Shown here: positions 20,470-30,594 of the stretch, in pieces
How the letters are laid out: each line of letters opens with the position of its first letter
Position numbering within the stretch: position 1 is the stretch's first letter
Assembly: GCA_963734475.1 (NCBI GenBank)
Contig: CAVTHB010000003.1
Location: forward strand, 60,390-124,389
Source: an uncultured Nitrospira sp.
Lineage (GTDB): Bacteria > Nitrospirota > Thermodesulfovibrionia > Thermodesulfovibrionales > UBA6898
Length of the DNA: 64,000 nucleotides
Direction of reading: 5' to 3'
Program-made: the position numbers and the translations under genes
The notes under the pieces: model-generated
Databases searched by the model: none
Seen by the model: the letters and a program-made list of their open reading frames with translations, nothing else
What the model was told of the DNA's origin: nothing

Positions 20470-21936
20470 CTAAGTTCTTTTTCCGATGTAGGTGTTTTCC
20501 TGGCCTTCCCAGATGTCGCCGGCAAGGTATTCCTTGATATATGACTTCAGGGCCGCGGCACTGTCAGGCCGCATATTCCGGAATTCGATGGCCATGCCGG
20601 TCGGCACTCTGAACAAGTCAGCGTAAAGTCCTCTGATATATATAACGTTGCCGCTTAAGTCCAGGGGGACTCTTCCACTCAGGTTCAAGGAGATATCGAG
20701 TTTTGCGGAGACCGGATATGGCTCTTTTTTTCTGACATATATACCGCCCTCGGAAAGGGATTCGGCAAAGAGATCCTCGCGTGTGTTATCGAATTTTACT
20801 GAAACCCTCTCGTTAAAAGGTATTCTCAGATGCTTTCTTGTAAAACCCATGGGCTTGAATATGCAGTTCTGCAGGCTTTCATGCAAATCCTCTATCTGAA
20901 CAGGCTTTGCAAGCAAACCACAACTCTCGAACTTCTCCGAGGCATGCAGCGTTTTCGGGTTGGAGGACATCATGACGATACTGATACCGGCGATCTCCGC
21001 GTCCGAACGCAGGTAGCGCAGGACAGACATGCCGTCAAGTTTCGGCATCAGGCAGTCCAGCAAGATCAGGTCCGGCTGTGTCTGCTTGATAAGTTTGAGG
21101 GCCTCCATTCCGTTTTCGGCGAGGATGACATTAAATCCCATCCGCCTGAGCAGTATGGCCATATACATCAAAAAAGATTTGTTGTCGTCCGCTACGAGTA
21201 CTTTTTTTCTTTCGATGTCCATTACCGACCCGAGGCCTTTTTGAAAGTCTGACAGCCAGTTTTTCTGTATTTTTAAAACTCTCGACCATGCATCTACCAC
21301 AACAGGGTCGAACTGGGTGCCGGCGTTTTTTATGAGCACTGAGTTGGCCTCTTCTATACTTATGGGAGAACGATACGGTCTTGCCTCTGTCATGGCGTCG
21401 AATGCGTCGGCAACATAAACTATTCTTGCACCAATAGGGATCTGATCGCCTTTGAGTCCGTCGGGATATCCAGTGCCGTCCATTCTCTCGTGATGGTGTC
21501 TTATCATAAGGACCACGTCTTCGAAGTGTCTTATACCTCTCAGAATATCAGCTCCCTGGACAGAATGCTTTTTTACGTTATCATACTCATAATCCGAGAG
21601 GCTGCTCTCCTTGTCCAGGATACTGTTGTCCGTACCGATTTTCCCAATGTCATGGAGGAGTGAGGCGATTGTGACAGCCTTTCTCAGGGTTTCACTTAGA
21701 TTCAACTCACAGGCTATCTCCTGCGCGAAGGCAGCGACACGTTCGGAGTGGCCTCTGGTCCAGACGCTCTTGGCTTCGAGAGCGTTGACCATTGCTTTGA
21801 CGAAGCCCATGAACAGGTCTTCGAGGTCGTGATAGTTTTTTTCAAGCTCGATAAATGTCTTGTACGAAACTTCGTTCATAATTGCCGCTGATAGACCAAC
21901 TTCCGCAAGCCGCAAAAAATGTGCATTTGATTCCAT
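20470..21936 (-). CDS. HD-GYP phosphodiesterase - receiver (REC) - PilZ fusion protein
   Basis: HD-GYP motifs are HDIGK and HHERMDGTGYP. The REC domain shows VLVADDN...LILLDCLMPKLDG. The C-terminal PilZ-like domain has RKHLR (RxxxR) and SLSEGG (a DxSxxG variant). Confidence 0.85.
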   Translation of the reverse strand: MESNAHFLRLAEVGLSAAIMNEVSYKTFIELEKNYHDLEDLFMGFVKAMVNALEAKSVWTRGHSERVAAFAQEIACELNLSETLRKAVTIASLLHDIGKIGTDNSILDKESSLSDYEYDNVKKHSVQGADILRGIRHFEDVVLMIRHHHERMDGTGYPDGLKGDQIPIGARIVYVADAFDAMTEARPYRSPISIEEANSVLIKNAGTQFDPVVVDAWSRVLKIQKNWLSDFQKGLGSVMDIERKKVLVADDNKSFLMYMAILLRRMGFNVILAENGMEALKLIKQTQPDLILLDCLMPKLDGMSVLRYLRSDAEIAGISIVMMSSNPKTLHASEKFESCGLLAKPVQIEDLHESLQNCIFKPMGFTRKHLRIPFNERVSVKFDNTREDLFAESLSEGGIYVRKKEPYPVSAKLDISLNLSGRVPLDLSGNVIYIRGLYADLFRVPTGMAIEFRNMRPDSAAALKSYIKEYLAGDIWEGQENTYIGKRT

Positions 21937-22163
21937 CCCCCGTGATGCAACGCGAGTTAGTGTCGGTACGCCGTATCATACGGAAAACAGTAAAAAAATA
22001 CAATAGGGGTGGAGGGCAATAAATTATCCCCGGCAGACTCCGGAGCATGAAGGTTGGCCCGGTGTTTTTTTGCAACTGTAAGATTAATATAGAGCATGTC
22101 TTTTTTGGGCCGGGGTTGTATTGAAATTGCTGCATTAACAGGATAACTTTAAGTAAAGGCATT

Positions 22164-25100
22164 ATGATGAGGAACTTCATTAAAAGAAATATGAAACGTC
22201 TTTTTATAATATTTTTTGTATATGCTTCATTGGGTTTAATACCGTACGGTCTGAATGCCGGGGGAACAATCCTGATGGAAGAAACGTTCAGGCATGATCT
22301 GGAGGTCAGTCTTTTCCCTGAAGAGCACCGCTTCGCTGCGAAGGATACGGTTGCTATTTCAGATATCAGCCATAAGGAGTTTCAATTCCGACTCCATAGA
22401 GGGCTCAACCCAACATCTCCGACTCGGGGCGTGAAAATCATCAGGGAAGCCCGGGATCGGGATAATGAACTATTTGAAGCTTACAGGGTGGTGCTGCCGG
22501 AGGGACGACATAGCTTTACGCTTGAATACAGAGGGGCCATTTACCATCCGGTAGAGGGCTCCATGGAAGAGCAGGACAGGGGCTTCAATCAGAGTCCCGG
22601 CATTATTTCGGACCAGGGGGTGTATCTTAGCGGCAGTTCCTACTGGTACCCTGTATTTAATGTAGCGCTGATAACCTTTAATCTTAAGGTAAAACTCCCG
22701 GCTCAATGGGACGCTGTCAGCCAGGGAAAGCGCACGCTCCACCTCAAGACTGCAGACGAAACTCTTGCAGGGTGGACGTCTCCTGAACCCCAGGAGGAGA
22801 TATTTCTTGTTGCCTCGCGCTTTAAAGAGTATCTTGGGTCAGCCGGAAACGTTACGTCGATGGTCTTCCTCCGGGCGCCGGCTGAAGACCTTGCGGACAA
22901 GTATCTGAAGGCGACCGCCAGGTATATCCCGATGTACGACAAACTGATCGGCCCCTATCCATATAATAAGTTCGCGCTGGTCGAAAATTTCTGGGAGACA
23001 GGTTTAGGAATGCCGTCCTTTACGCTACTCGGTCCGACTGTAATCAGGCTCCCTTTTATCGTTAACTCCTCCTATCCCCATGAGATACTTCATAACTGGT
23101 GGGGCAACAGTGTTTTCCCTGAATATTCTCATGGAAACTGGTCGGAAGGTCTGACCGCCTATCTCTCGGACCATCTCATAGCCGAGCAGCAGGGTTCAGC
23201 GACAGAATACCGGCAGACTACTATTCAAAAATATGCGGATTATGTACTCAGTGGCCGTGACTTCCCCTTATCCGAATTCCGGTCCCGACATAGCCCTTCT
23301 TCCGAGGCTATAGGGTACGGCAAGTCTCTGATGTTCTTTCATGTGCTGCGCAGGGAACTGGGGGACAGGACGTTTATCGCGGGGCTTCAGGAATTCTACA
23401 AAAAGAATAAATTCAGGTTCGCCTCTTTTGGCGACCTCAGACAGAGTTTTGAAGGCGTGTCACAGAAAGACCTTAAAGCTGAGTTTGATCAGTGGGTGAG
23501 ACGGACCGGGGCGCCGATGCTTAAATTTGACAAAGCACGAATGAAAACAGAAGGGGGCGGCTACGGCCTTGACTTAGTGATAGAGCAGGTGCAGTCTGGT
23601 GATATTTATGTATTACAGATACCTGTAGCTGTGACTATGGAGGGAGAGGGGAAGGCTCTGCAGACTGTCGCCAATATGGATAAAAGGCGTGTTGACCTTC
23701 ATATTGCCCTGCCTTCAAGGCCTTTAAGGGTCGATATAGACCCTGAATTCGATCTCTTCAGAAGACTGGACCGCAGAGAGACTCCTCCCGCCATATCGCA
23801 GGCACTGGGGGCGAAAAAAATGCTGGTTGTTCTTCCATCTTCCGCAGACCATGCCATGCTTGGCGCTTACCGCGAGTTTTCGGAGATGCTCCGGCAAGCA
23901 GTACCTGCTGAAGTAGAGGTCAGGTTTGATTCCGACATGGAAAAACTTCCTTCCGACCGTGCTGTCACTGTCTTGGGCTGGGAGAACCGTTTTTTAGACG
24001 ATATGACGTCAATACTTTCAGGGTATGATCTGGCTATGGCCCGCAAGAGCATACGGATCGGCAAAGCAGAGATGACGGATAAAAACCTCTCTGTAGTCGT
24101 CACGGGTAGAAATCCCGGTAATAAGGAGTTTGCGGTGATGTTTATTGCCGCGGAGTCAACAGGGGCGCTGCCCGGTCTCGGGCGCAAACTCCCCCATTAT
24201 CATAAATACAGCTACCTTGTTTTTGGAGGTGATGAGCCCGTAAAGCTTGTCGAGGGAAGGTGGCCTGTACTTGATTCGCCGATGACAGTCTTCATCCCTT
24301 CGGCTGAGGGAAAGATAGTGAAGACAGCTATGGCGTCGCTTGCGCCCAGGCCTCCTTTGGCCGTCCTGCCGCCGGATTTTTCCAAAGAGCGGATGCTCGC
24401 GACAATCAACTTTCTCACGCAAACAAAACTTGCGGGAAGGGGGCTTGGCACCGAGGGGCTTGATCGTGCCGCAGCATACATCGCTGAAAAATTCAGGGAA
24501 GCGGGACTGGAACCGGGAGGCGATGATAAAGGGAGTTATTTTCAGACCTGGGAGGAGGACGTCAGCGGTCTCGGTCGTTCAATAATGATGAAGAATGTTG
24601 TGGGGGTGATCCCCGGAAAGAATAAAGAGTATTCGGAGCAAAGCGTTGTAATCGGGGCGCATTACGACCACCTTGGTCTGGGCTGGCCTGATGGGAGCGC
24701 TGAAGACAGAGGGAAGGTCCATCCCGGAGCTGATGATAATGCCAGCGGCGTGGCAGTGCTTATCGAACTCGCGGCAGAGCTCAAAAGAAAGTTAAAACCG
24801 GAGCGCGGACTGGTTTTTGTGGCTTTTACAGCTGAAGAAGCCGGAAGACTGGGCTCGCGGCATTATGTGACACATGAACGCCGGTACCCGACTGACAAGT
24901 GCATAGCTATGCTTAATCTGGATACAGTCGGCAGGCTTGGAAAGAAGAAACTGCTGGTCCTTGGCGCTGGCTCGGCCACTGAATGGCCGCATATCTTCAG
25001 TGAGGCGTCATCCGCAGCCGGTGTTGAGCTTGAGACGGTTTCCCGGGAACTCGATTCGGGCGATCAGGTCAGCTTCTGGACTGCAGGCGTCCCCGCAGTT

Positions 25101-25553
25101 CAGCTCTTCAGCGGGCCTAAGGCTGATTATCATCGTGCTACTGACACGCCTGATAAGATAGATCCCGATGGTCTCGAAAAAGTCGTCTCTATTGCAGATG
25201 AGGTCATTGAATATCTGGCGTCCCGGAAAGATGCCTTGACGGCTAACATAAAACAGGACCAAAAGGCGGGTTATGCTCCAAAACAGGTGCGGAAGGTCAG
25301 TCTCGGCGTAATTCCTGATTATGCATACAGTGGAAGGGGATGCCGCATAACCGGTGTCATTTCTGACAGTCCTGCAGAGTCAGCAGGTTTGAGGGAAGGG
25401 GATGTCATTGTCGGGATAAACTCCGATTCTGTAAGCAGCCTGAAGGAGTTTTCCAATATCCTTAAATCACTCAGTCCGGGCAGCAGGGTAAGAATATCCG
25501 TTTTAAGAGATGGTAGGGAAATGACCGCTGAGGCTGAATTGAAGGAGAGATAA
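22164..25553 (+). CDS. Secreted multidomain peptidase: M1 gluzincin aminopeptidase + M28 aminopeptidase + C-terminal PDZ
   Basis: It has a signal-like N-terminus. The M1 domain shows HEILHNWWGN...WSEGLTAY (HExxH-x18-E). The M28 domain shows IGAHYDHLG and HPGADDNASG. The PDZ domain shows GVISDSPAESAGLREGDVIVGIN. Confidence 0.85.
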   Translation: MMRNFIKRNMKRLFIIFFVYASLGLIPYGLNAGGTILMEETFRHDLEVSLFPEEHRFAAKDTVAISDISHKEFQFRLHRGLNPTSPTRGVKIIREARDRDNELFEAYRVVLPEGRHSFTLEYRGAIYHPVEGSMEEQDRGFNQSPGIISDQGVYLSGSSYWYPVFNVALITFNLKVKLPAQWDAVSQGKRTLHLKTADETLAGWTSPEPQEEIFLVASRFKEYLGSAGNVTSMVFLRAPAEDLADKYLKATARYIPMYDKLIGPYPYNKFALVENFWETGLGMPSFTLLGPTVIRLPFIVNSSYPHEILHNWWGNSVFPEYSHGNWSEGLTAYLSDHLIAEQQGSATEYRQTTIQKYADYVLSGRDFPLSEFRSRHSPSSEAIGYGKSLMFFHVLRRELGDRTFIAGLQEFYKKNKFRFASFGDLRQSFEGVSQKDLKAEFDQWVRRTGAPMLKFDKARMKTEGGGYGLDLVIEQVQSGDIYVLQIPVAVTMEGEGKALQTVANMDKRRVDLHIALPSRPLRVDIDPEFDLFRRLDRRETPPAISQALGAKKMLVVLPSSADHAMLGAYREFSEMLRQAVPAEVEVRFDSDMEKLPSDRAVTVLGWENRFLDDMTSILSGYDLAMARKSIRIGKAEMTDKNLSVVVTGRNPGNKEFAVMFIAAESTGALPGLGRKLPHYHKYSYLVFGGDEPVKLVEGRWPVLDSPMTVFIPSAEGKIVKTAMASLAPRPPLAVLPPDFSKERMLATINFLTQTKLAGRGLGTEGLDRAAAYIAEKFREAGLEPGGDDKGSYFQTWEEDVSGLGRSIMMKNVVGVIPGKNKEYSEQSVVIGAHYDHLGLGWPDGSAEDRGKVHPGADDNASGVAVLIELAAELKRKLKPERGLVFVAFTAEEAGRLGSRHYVTHERRYPTDKCIAMLNLDTVGRLGKKKLLVLGAGSATEWPHIFSEASSAAGVELETVSRELDSGDQVSFWTAGVPAVQLFSGPKADYHRATDTPDKIDPDGLEKVVSIADEVIEYLASRKDALTANIKQDQKAGYAPKQVRKVSLGVIPDYAYSGRGCRITGVISDSPAESAGLREGDVIVGINSDSVSSLKEFSNILKSLSPGSRVRISVLRDGREMTAEAELKER

Positions 25554-25740
25554 GAGGGGATAGTGCCTTGGGTAATTAGAAAAGGCTTGACTTAACACAA
25601 CATGAAAAGCTGAAATTACAGCTAGTTAGCATATAATACATAAAGTAAAAGTTTAAATATGGATCTCTGAAGTTTTCCTGTATATTAAGTCTTGAGCTGT
25701 CTGCTGTCTGCAAGCTTTAACTGAACTCATCCGCCTCCAA

Positions 25741-26472
25741 CTATGCGTCTGGCAGGTCAGGCAAAGAGTATGCAACTTCCCGCTCAAGAAAAGGGCAGCG
25801 GAACCTCAGCGAGGCAGCAGATAGTTTCATACCTTCTGTATTCTTGTTGCCGGTCCCGTATTTCGGATCACCTATTACAGGAAAGCCCAGCATATCGAAG
25901 TGCCGCCGGATCTGATGCAGCCTGCCTGTTCTTATTATCACCTCGACCGTTGAGGTGTTGGTATCCCGGGAGATAAGACTTTCACCTCGAACTCTGTAAG
26001 CAGAAGGTTTTCCGTCCAGGGGGAGGTCTATTGTGCCTTGTCGGCCTTTTTCGCCGAGGTTGCCAAGGACCTCGACAAGATATGTCTTGATTATCCGGTT
26101 GCCTTGAAATAAATCCGAGAGCTTTGCTGCCGCGTCTTTGCTATGAGCAAGGAGCATCAGACCTGAGGCCTCCCGGTCGAGGCGATGCACGAGAAAAATC
26201 TCCCGCAATGACCGGAAGTGTAGTTCAGCCTGCCGCATCAGGGAACAATGGTCTCCATACTGAGTGCCCTGCGCCAGCATGCCTGCCGGTTTGAACCAGA
26301 CGCTGTAGTGTTTTTGGTCGCTCAGGCATACGGCCTTCGGCGGCTGAAGAGCCAGGAGCTTCCAGTCATAGTATAATTCGACCTGATCTCCGGGGCTGAG
26401 TGATGTCGAGACCCTGCGCACGCGCTTCATCCTGCTGTTCTTTCTTTTCAGCCAGACAGCGCCCTTGTTCAT
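25741..26472 (-). CDS. RluA-family pseudouridine synthase (N-terminal S4-like part lies upstream without a canonical in-frame start)
   Basis: It has the catalytic HRLDREASGLMLLA motif. The same frame upstream reads GTVAPGQAGLISEFLTAQTGLSRTKVKDA (S4-like) back to a TAA at about 26556. The nearby ATG at 26581 is in another frame. Confidence 0.8.
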   Translation of the reverse strand: MNKGAVWLKRKNSRMKRVRRVSTSLSPGDQVELYYDWKLLALQPPKAVCLSDQKHYSVWFKPAGMLAQGTQYGDHCSLMRQAELHFRSLREIFLVHRLDREASGLMLLAHSKDAAAKLSDLFQGNRIIKTYLVEVLGNLGEKGRQGTIDLPLDGKPSAYRVRGESLISRDTNTSTVEVIIRTGRLHQIRRHFDMLGFPVIGDPKYGTGNKNTEGMKLSAASLRFRCPFLEREVAYSLPDLPDA

Positions 26473-26608
26473 GGCGTCCTTGACCTTTGTCCTGGAGAGA
26501 CCGGTTTGTGCAGTAAGAAATTCGCTGATCAGGCCTGCCTGACCGGGAGCGACAGTTCCCTTGAAATATTATTCTTTTCATCCGCTCTCATCCCAGGCTT
26601 ATACTCGA

Positions 26609-29272
26609 CTAGCCCAGCATTGCATTCAGCGTATCTCTAAGCTCCTCAAGGTTGTAGGGCTTTGTCAGGCGCGCCTTGAAGCCGTATTTATTATAATCCG
26701 ATACAACGGCATCGTCCGAGTAGCCGCTCGATACAATGGCCCTGATGCCGGGGTCGATTGCAAGCAGTCTTTCTATCGTCTCTTTTCCTCCCAGGCCCCC
26801 GCGGATAGTCAAATCCAGGATCACGATATCGAAGGGACTGTCCGACTCACTTGAGGTCTGGTATTTCTCGATAGCTGCTTCTCCATGTTCTGTTAAGTCC
26901 ACATCGTGACCGAGGGCTGTTATGAGTTCTCCTGCGATATTTCGTATCAGTTCCTCGTCATCCATTACAAGGATTTTACCTTTGCGGGCAGGGGCAGTGG
27001 CCACAGAAATTACTGAGGCTGCGGAAGCCTCTCTTTCAGCTTCAAGCGCAGGCAGATAGACAAAAAAAGTGGTGCCTTCGCCCGGTTCAGAAGCCACATC
27101 GATAATGCCGCCATGGTTTCTGATTATGGAATAGGAAGTCGCAAGTCCCAGTCCGCTGCCCTTCTTCCTGGTCGTAAAATAGGGGTCGAAGATCTTATCG
27201 CAGGTACTTGCCCGGCAATACCGATACCGCGTGTCCTGAACAGAAATCTCAACATACTTTCCGTTCTCCAGGAGGTTGGAATGGGTCTTCTTCGGCTCCT
27301 GCAGATTTTTTGCCGTGATCACTATCGTACCACCTGAGGGCATCGCCTGATCAGCATTAAGCACGATGTTCTGGATCACCTGTCCGATCTGTCCCTTCGT
27401 CAGCCTCTACAGCCCAGAGGTCTTCGTCCGGTAAAGATGCGGTATTCAGCCGTGGAACCGCTCAGGGCGAACTTCACGGAATTCTCGATCAGGGTCTGGA
27501 GTCGTATCTTCTTCTTAACCGGTTTGCCGCCTTTTGAGAAGGTCAGAAGCTGTGTGGTAAGGTTTACAGACATATGCAGGGCCTGCTCTGCCTGCTCAAG
27601 CATGGCAAGGGAGCGCTCCTTTCTGTCCAGGGTCAGCTTGGCCAGGGAGATATACCCGAAGACTACCCTGCAGCAGAGTTGTTGAAATCATGCGCAATGC
27701 CGCCTGCCAGGGTCCCGATCGCCTCAAGCTTCTGTGTCTTCAGCCGCTCCTCTTCAAGAAGGTGCTTTTCAGTAATATTATTTACTGTCTCAATAACTGA
27801 GGTAACGGCTCCGGATCTGTCCTTTATCGGAAAGGCCTTTGTCTCAACATACAGGACAGCGTCATGAGCGTCTGCATGTTTGTGGACAGTTGTGCAGGGC
27901 TGCTCCTGTATCGAAGACCTTACGCACAGCACAGTCCTCACCTGTCTCAAAGCACGGCCGCAGGACCTTGTGGGAAATCTCGTAGCAGTGTCTGCCGATG
28001 ACATCATCGCATATCTTGCCTAACTGGCTGCAGTATGCCTTATTGGCAGTCAGTATGCGGAAATCCCTGTCGATCACGATAAACCCCTCATCAACAGTGT
28101 CCAGGACGTTTCTTATAAATTGTTCGCTTTCGCGAAGGTCCTGTTCCACACGTTCCCTTTCAAGTATCTCGTACTTCAGCTCCTCGTTGGTCAGGAACAG
28201 TTGTTCGGTCCGCTCTTTGACCCGCCTTTCAAGATTGTCATGGGCTTCCCGGACCTTTCCGACCATTGAGTTGAATGCTGTAGCAAGCGCCGCTACCTCG
28301 TCGGAACCCTTCACTTCAGCCCTAAGTTCGAGGGAGCCGCTCTCCGTTATACGCTTTGCCGCATCGCTCAATACCATCAGCCTGCCGGTAAGCATCAGCG
28401 AAATCGTCTTTGAGACCCACATGGTAACAGCTATGAACATCAGCCCCGCAACAAAATAGATCCCTACAAGCCACCCTGCCTGTATTTTCCGGTAATCGTC
28501 TATCTCGAACTGAAACGCCATCTTGTCCAGGGGCGGTTGAAGCTTCAGTCGTTTCTTCATCTGAAAGAAACTTGCCTCGTCCCTTTTGTTCTTTTGCAGT
28601 AAAATATTTTGGCTGCTCAGCAGCGACACGCTCCTGTCATTGCTTACATCGAAGGAAGGCAGGGTCTTGTTGAACAGCTCGTCCAGCCTTATCTCCCCAA
28701 CCAGTATGCCCTCAGGTTTGTTTGTCATGACCCAGATGACCGGAAACGCCATCAGGAGGCTTTTTCCATTGCCGTATTTATCGAGTTCTGCGAATCTCTT
28801 TCCTTCCCCGATCGTTCTTTTCAACAGCTCCGGAGAATTGAATGTGCGAGGATTCCGGACATTTGAAGCGATGGGCGTACCCATGAAATCACAGAGGGTC
28901 AGTTTGACTGCGATGTCGTGTTCGAGCTTGTAACTTTTCATGAAAGGGACTATATATGTGTCCCGGCCGGTGGTGTCGACGAGTGCGTTGGTAATGATGA
29001 GGTTTGCAGAAATGTTGGACATGGACTCAGAGATGGAGTTCATCGTTTGCTCGAGCCTCAGCGAAGCCTGGACAGCATCGGATTCGAGCGTCTGCTGGAT
29101 ATTCTGCCTGACGAGGCGCCTCATGAACCCGAAGGACAGCGACTCCGACTATCAGGAGAATAGACAACGTGAGGGCGATCATCGCAAAATTGACACGATG
29201 GTAAATGCTGTTGTTCGTCCGCTCATAATAAGAGAGGAGCTTTGTCCCTGATAACGGAAGGCAGTCGTTCAA
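26609..29272 (-). pseudogene. Hybrid sensor histidine kinase (TM - sensor - HAMP - PAS - HisKA - HATPase - REC) broken by at least 6 single-base frameshifts
   Basis: Fragments lie in different frames: 29027-29272 (TM), 27862-29124 (sensor/HAMP/PAS), 27663-28007 (PAS plus H-box GIAHDFNN), 27400-27603 (DHp) and 26609-27379 (HATPase+REC). My hand translation shows the conserved sequence continuing across each frame switch. Confidence 0.85.
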
Positions 29273-29282
29273 AGAAGGTCAT

Positions 29283-30472
29283 TTGATTTTCCGGATAACT
29301 CCCGAGGCATCATATCGCGCCATTATCACGTTTCGGATGACTCAACGCGTCATGACGGGTTTTGGTGAACGGCTGTTTGTAGTGCATGATGAGGCCGTCA
29401 TAATCAGTCACCTCTTCAAGGGCGTCGTGCACCGCAGTCCTGTCTGGTTGACCCCGCCTTGTTGATTGCAAGCGCAAGGATATGCATCAGGTCGTAGGCA
29501 TGGGCAAAGCCCATGGGAGATTTTATGTCCGCAGGGTCCTTAAGGCCGAAGAGCCGCTGTGCCTCAGCCATTACTGGTCTTTAGTCTTTTCGCTCCTGCT
29601 TTCCTGGAGGTTACAGGTTTGTGGAAAAACCAGATCTACCTTTCCAAGAGCAGTCTCCTGCCATTTTGGGAAAATCTCCTCCTGTTATGCTCGCATGGCT
29701 GATGATGGGCAGTCGTTGTTTTGCCGGCAGTTGAGCCACTTCTCTTACCAACAGGGAACTCTCGGTCTCGATGGCGATCAGGATGACCGCTTTGCCCCTG
29801 ACTTGAGGATGGAATCGTATTGTTCGACAAGCGATTTTTCACCGTAATTGTACCATTGGATAGACGTGATCTGCATTTTCGGATTGGCAGCAACGAACTT
29901 CTTTATCAGCCTCGAGATTGTTGCGTCCCCAGCTGTTATTACGCCAGTATGAGACCGACCTTGTTGTAACCCTTCTTTCCGGCGTAGGACATCATCGCGT
30001 TTGATCGCCCAGGTGTCGGTGATCGACAGTCTGAAGGCGTAATTGGGACTGTAGCCATTGTCTACGACTTTGTCATTGGCTGACCAGGGCAGTCATCATA
30101 GGCAGCTTCAATTCGTGGAGCAGGGGGAGGGATTCAATAATGGCGGAGCTGAACTTCCCGCCGAAGACAGCGACAAGGTCAGGCATTGCCGCAAACTCAC
30201 GGTTGTTCTGGACCGCACGCGCCGGTACGGACCGGTTGTCCTTTTCGACAAGCGCAAGCTTGCGTCCGCCGAGTACGCCGCCCGCCCGGTTTATCTCGTC
30301 GATCGCGATCAGCATCCCCTGTTTAATGGCGTCATCAGAGGTGCTGGTTGGATGGCTTGCCTCGGCATTCAGGCCCACGTAGACCTTCCTGTCGTCGGCG
30401 TGACTATGAACAGGGGGGAGACAGGAACGCAGCGACAAAAAGTACGAAAAATATCAGGCTTATTTTTTTCAT
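29283..30472 (-). pseudogene. LivK-like (type 1 periplasmic binding fold) substrate-binding protein, with multiple frameshifts
   Basis: The ATG at 30470-30472 gives the signal peptide MKKISLIFFVLFVAA. The ORF 30073-30438 encodes KVYVGLNAEASHPTS...IDEINRAGGVLGRKL (Leu/Ile/Val-binding family). The remainder is scattered over all three minus frames. Confidence 0.7.
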
Positions 30473-30594
30473 GGCTTTTATATGTAAATTACGCACTATA
30501 TTCCCACATCCGGCCGGGAAATGCAATAACCAATGTTGCGAAATCAATTGTATTCCCTGTGACGAATTCCAAGGCCTGAAGATGCGTTAGGACG

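Noticed and set aside
21842-22180. 112-aa minus-strand ORF in the divergent promoter region between the HD-GYP gene and the peptidase gene.
   Set aside because: It overlaps the 5' ends of both neighbours and has no RBS or motif. The region is more plausibly regulatory.
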